Assembly (NCBI GenBank): GCA_964016885.1
Contig: OZ024765.1
Coordinates: 21,886,001-21,950,000, forward strand
Reading direction: 5' to 3'
Length of the DNA: 64,000 nt
DNA from: Eledone cirrhosa
Lineage: Eukaryota
Each line of letters begins with the position of its first letter. Positions within the stretch are counted from its first letter, which is position 1. A program made the translations under genes and the position numbers. Below the pieces are notes generated by a model. It did no database searches, was not told where the DNA came from, and worked only from the letters and a program-made list of their open reading frames with translations. Of the stretch, positions 59,992 through 64,000 are shown in pieces.

Positions 59992-62900
59992 TAGATACAA
60001 AGGAAGTGTAGTAAGGAACCAGGTGGACTATAATGCACCAGAGTACTCAATACTTAGGGATGTAGAGTGGGTAATAGGAAAAGAGTCAAGACCCCGACGG
60101 CTGAGCTCCGGCTGTTTCGACAGCTAGATCTGAATAGATTGAATCATTGGGGTCCTGACTCTTTTCCTTAGATAGACAGATAGATATGTTTCTTTATTAG
60201 CCACAGGGGCACAAAAGAAGGAGACAAATACAAAGGGGGAAGTTTACATACAATAAAAACGTGTAAAATACTATCACAAATGCAATTTAAAAATTAGTCA
60301 ATTTTCCCCAATAGGGGGAGACAGTTCATATGGGTAACACATACCCCCGAAAAAATGTGAAACCCTCATCTCCAGGAGTACAAAGAGTTTGTACTCCTTT
60401 CCTCTCCTCCTCCTTTTCCTCAACCTACAGGCTGATATAGAGAGAAGGCCCATTCACCCGGGCCATTCTCGGCACCTTCACCCACCTTTCATAAAACTTG
60501 CTGGGGTACAGCACCTCTCTCTCCATCCTGATTCTTCTTCCAAAGTGGTATTTGAAAAAAAGAATCAGTTGTTGGCCGGAGAGAAAGGTCTCTGACCTCA
60601 GCCCTTTCAACCTTGTCCACCATACAACCTCTTTCACCATAGCTATCACACAAAGGAAAACCGCCTCTCCTTCGTTTTTTGAAGGAGGATGGCGGTTTGA
60701 TCATGACAATGGACTCAGTGGTCAACCGGATTAGTCCCACCCGCGACAATAGTCGTTCTACATAGCCCCACAGGTCGGCGACGCCCGGGCAGTGTATGAA
60801 TGCGTGCGCGACGGTTTCTTCGTCTCGCACGCACCTCGGACAGATCTATTTCGAAGGGTCCCTGCCCGGGCACCCATGTCTGTAGAGCTTGTCTCGAACT
60901 GGTAGAGCTCCTCGGTAGCACTGCCAGGCCAGGGACTTTTAGAAGTTGTCCATCGGTCCCGGGCAGAAGGTCCTACCGAACAGACTGGCCAGTTCATCTT
61001 CCTCTACACCTAGAGTTTCACCGAGCGCGTCATCGCACTTGCTGCGGATCAACCCGCTATAGAATGATGAAGTGGAGTCTCCACTGATCGCCGGGTCCGC
61101 CTGCCAGAGGGCTGTGAGCGCCTGAGCACATTCGATGTGCCAGTCGCCCATTTTCCTCGGTCTTTGCTTGACCCACGATTGCAGCTCGGTGGGAAGGCTC
61201 GCCTCACGAACGGGGCCCACACCGGTTGTCCGGTGAGGAATACGTAGAGATATAGATAGATATATTTCTTTATTAGCCACAGGGGCACAAAAGAAGGGGA
61301 CAAATAGATAGATAAATAGATAGACAGACAGACAGATAGACAGACAGACAGACAGATAGACAGATAGATAAATAGATAGATAGATAGATAGACAGATAGA
61401 CAGACAGATAGACAGATATAAAGATAGATAGACAGACAGACAGATATACTTTGTAGCTGCCACAGAGAAGAATTAAGTGTGAAATTTAATGGAGGGTAGG
61501 AAACAAAGATTAAAATCAATAATATTGATCAGTTATACAAACCTTGGATCAATATCTCGGGCGGTATAAACATCGGAATGGAGGAAGGTGATGGGGGAAC
61601 GGAAGAAAGGATTAGCTTTAGTTTCCATTGTGTAAGGATCTTGATATGTTTCTTCAGCTACCAAATGTGGCAACTGGCTGATGGGTTTTGACCAGTCCCA
61701 GTATGGTACCCCAATTTTAGAACCTCTGTCAGCAAGGGCATCTTCAAACTGCATGATGACAAGTCTGTGCCAGTGAGGAAATGTTGCCATACCATGTTCA
61801 CAGCAAACAATACGGTTTGGAGCATCTGGTCGAGGACATTTACCAGGAAGGCCGTGGAATTCAGCCAGAGCTTGGTAGCCGTTAATAGATTTATCTAACA
61901 TAAAACGTTCCAATGCCATCCTTACTGAGTATTCTTCTTCTTTAGTGAGGACATTAAGATCTTTACGGATCTTTATATCAACTTTATCAACTTTAATCAT
62001 GGCAGCTGAAATTATAGAAGAGAAGGTTTAAATAGAAGTTGATTCTAAAACAAGAAAACATTCACTTGAATTAAAACTATTGTCTAACCCTTTAACATTT
62101 ACATTACACTATATATACTATTGTATTTTCACAGTAAAGGCTTTACCTCACATAATATCTCACATAACATTTACATTACTCTATCTTTACTATTGTATTT
62201 TCACAGTAAAGTCTTTACCACACATAATATCTCACATAACATTTACATTACTCTATATATACTATTGTATTATCACAGTAAAGTCTTTACCTCACATAAT
62301 ATCTCACATAAGATTTACATTATTCTATATATACTATTGTATTTTCACAGTAAAGGCTTTACCTCACATAATATCTCGCATAACATTTACATTACTCTAT
62401 ATATACTATTGTATTTTCACAGTAAAGGCTTTACCTCACATAATATCTCACATAACATTTACATTACTCTATATATACTATTGTATTGTCACAGTAAAGG
62501 CTTTACCTCACATAATATCTCACATAACTATTACATTACTCTATATATACTGTTCTCTTACTTCCATTCTCCCACTGGATGATGTATTTTGTTTAGTTCT
62601 AGATAAATGTCTGAGAGAAAGGAGGTACTTACGGTCGTGATGTCCAACTTCTGGGATGTAGGTAACAATTGGTTTTGGAATAACTTCCTCAGGAAGATGA
62701 CTTCCATTGATAGCTGTCACTTCGGCTTTCAGATAATAGTCTCCATCTAATTCCAATCCTAAAGACTTGACTGTATCGCTGATATCATAAAGATAAGGAT
62801 AACCAAAGTTCCATGGCATCTCTCTTTTACCACCGAGGATGAAGAATTCTCCAGCATCATTATGGCAGTCGTCGCTCTTTCTTGAATCTTTGCTTGGGAT

Positions 62901-63865
62901 ACACACCATGATGTGAACATTAGCTGATGTCTTGATACCACCCAAACGGAAGTTAGCGAAGGCTCTCGGGTGTGACTGGCGTTCCTTTAATAAGCTGTCT
63001 AATTCAGAAATAGACATTCCATTTAAAGTGAGATCGTCGTAATTATATTCTAAATGGTCGCTAGTGAAAATGTCGGCTGCTTTAGCGTTTTTCTTTGTTA
63101 ATTCAATTGGGTTAGAATCTCGTCCGAAAGGTTCCATAGGAGTGTGAAGTAAGTTTAAACCGCAGTGAATCTTCTCATCATGGCCTCTGTGTTTCTGAAG
63201 AGCTTGCCATATACTAAACAAACGCTCAACGTTGGAGTGGTGTAAAAAGAAGAGAGGGTCGTATGAGGTATAGTCTAGACTAGACATAGAATAAGGGTAT
63301 CGACCCCCAACTAAGAAGTGGACTGGGTTGTGTGCTACCTCAAACTGGACTTCAAACCGACAATAGTCTTCCTGTTCAAAAGCCATCAACATCTTCTCCA
63401 ATAAGCTGTTCTTCTTTCCGTGGGCGGCATCAAAAAGTTGGTTATCAATTGCTCTGGCAGTGACTTTGTTCTCAAATTCAATGGCACCAGAATAAAATAC
63501 ATTTTTCTTTGCTTTCTTACCGCTGGGATCGATAAAGAGCGGATGTTGAACTAAGGAGGGTAGTTCAGATATCGCCTGTGTCCAATCCCAGTAGGGTACA
63601 CCATGAGTCGATCCATGACTTGCCATAACCTGTTCAAATTGTACCACGTACAACCTGTGCCATAAAGGAAACGTAGGCATACCATGGAGACAACATACCA
63701 CTGGACTACCATCGGCAGCTTTACAGTCAGCAGGTTCTCCATGATAGGCTGAAATAGCCTGGAAACCAGTTGGACCGTGGTCAGATTGCATGGAATGTAA
63801 GGCCAATTGTAGGCTGATTATCTCAGCCTCGGTCAAGCTATCGACATTTTTGCGCACAAATTTAC
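46113..63865 (-). CDS. Molluscan (octopod-type) hemocyanin subunit, functional units a-g (about 2894 aa in window; signal-peptide exon(s) outside the window)
   Basis: Exons (minus) 63865-62633, 62005-61543, 59645-58864, 58285-57044, 56487-55237, 54646-53625, 52737-52497, 50901-50240, 49636-49054, 48237-47038 and 46117-46113 splice in frame. Each FU has the CuA histidines (H...CCxHGMxxFxxWHR, with the thioether Cys) and CuB histidines (HNxxH...DPxFxxHH). Phase-1 introns separate the FUs. Confidence 0.97.
46180..46715. repeat. TG-rich compound microsatellite; another at 52837-53545
   Basis: Direct inspection. Confidence 0.85.
47038..48237 (-). CDS. Hemocyanin FU-g exon
   Basis: [13 protein letters not shown]...[21 protein letters not shown]; HNAIH; [13 protein letters not shown]. 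Ends at a CAG|GTTAGT donor; the unspliced form stops at 47033. Confidence 0.95.
49054..49636 (-). CDS. Hemocyanin FU-f exon 2
   Basis: VDRLWAIWQ...[13 protein letters not shown]; gtaaga donor. Confidence 0.94.
50240..50901 (-). CDS. Hemocyanin FU-f exon 1
   Basis: [16 protein letters not shown]; HNSVH; [10 protein letters not shown] followed by a phase-0 intron. Confidence 0.94.
51682..52481. mobile_element. Same piggyBac-like MITE with about 9 units of the 72-bp array
   Basis: TTAACCCTTT ... AAATGGGTTAA; array is the reverse complement of 2075-3555. Confidence 0.65.
52497..52737 (-). CDS. Hemocyanin FU-e exon 2
   Basis: VCDDKNTC...[15 protein letters not shown]; gtaagt donor. Confidence 0.93.
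53625..54646 (-). CDS. Hemocyanin FU-e exon 1
   Basis: [16 protein letters not shown]; HNAIH; ends at a phase-0 internal intron (gtgagt). Confidence 0.94.
54730..55130. repeat. 65-bp RTE-derived array (about 6 units), reverse complement of 17980-19915
   Basis: Same unit, opposite orientation. Confidence 0.9.
55237..56487 (-). CDS. Hemocyanin FU-d exon
   Basis: [15 protein letters not shown]; HNSVH; [13 protein letters not shown]; phase 1-1. Confidence 0.95.
57044..58285 (-). CDS. Hemocyanin FU-c exon
   Basis: [15 protein letters not shown]; HNHIH; [13 protein letters not shown]; phase 1-1. Confidence 0.95.
58864..59645 (-). CDS. Hemocyanin FU-b exon 2
   Basis: [18 protein letters not shown]; ctgtccag acceptor, gtaagg donor. 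Confidence 0.93.
60178..61306 (-). mobile_element. Tx1/L1-like LINE 3' fragment in the hemocyanin FU-b intron
   Basis: zf-RVT-like [14 protein letters not shown], frameshifted; GC-rich; AATAAA 3' end next to (GATA/GACA)n. Confidence 0.7.
61543..62005 (-). CDS. Hemocyanin FU-b exon 1
   Basis: IRKDLN...[15 protein letters not shown]; ends at a phase-2 internal intron (gtttgt). Confidence 0.93.
62085..62553. repeat. 72-bp array (about 6 units) of the same MITE family
   Basis: TAACCCTTTAACATTTACATTAC start; same unit. Confidence 0.8.
62633..63865 (-). CDS. Hemocyanin FU-a exon
   Basis: YHGEPADC...[16 protein letters not shown]; HNPVH; [13 protein letters not shown]; phase 1-1. Confidence 0.95.
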
Positions 63866-64000
63866 CTGAAGAAGGAGAAAAAGAAGAAAAAGCAAAGAAT
63901 AAGATGAGAGTAAAGGGAAAATAATAGTTAATGATATTACATATTTTACTGGGATGGGAAGATAAACATACATAGACACTCTCTCAGACATACATAGACA

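Overview
AT-rich, repeat-dense eukaryotic genomic DNA, almost certainly from an octopod cephalopod. Three intron-containing genes could be spliced by hand with GT-AG sites and consistent phases. (1) The 3' part of ANAPC5 (APC/C subunit 5) on +: 8 exons, 376-22310. (2) A complete COQ4 on -: 6 exons, 44306-34354, 295 aa. (3) An almost complete molluscan hemocyanin on -: FU-a to FU-g, 63865-46113. Its signal-peptide exon(s) lie beyond the window end, and it probably has a 5-nt terminal coding exon that the ORF track misses. Introns and intergenic DNA are filled with tRNA-derived SINEs, RTE/R4/Tx1 LINE fragments, piggyBac-, hAT- and Helitron-like non-autonomous elements, a Penelope-like element (PLE) remnant and many minisatellites seeded from pieces of those elements. 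The most striking unannotated signal is a set of sequence-diverse long foldback palindromes. Each carries a hammerhead-ribozyme core (CUGANGA-stem II-GAAA-short stem III-UH) on both strands, usually followed by an ACTC...TGAGT hairpin tail. They probably form a non-autonomous Penelope-pLTR/ribozyme system. All protein identifications come from recalled family motifs, not from database searches.
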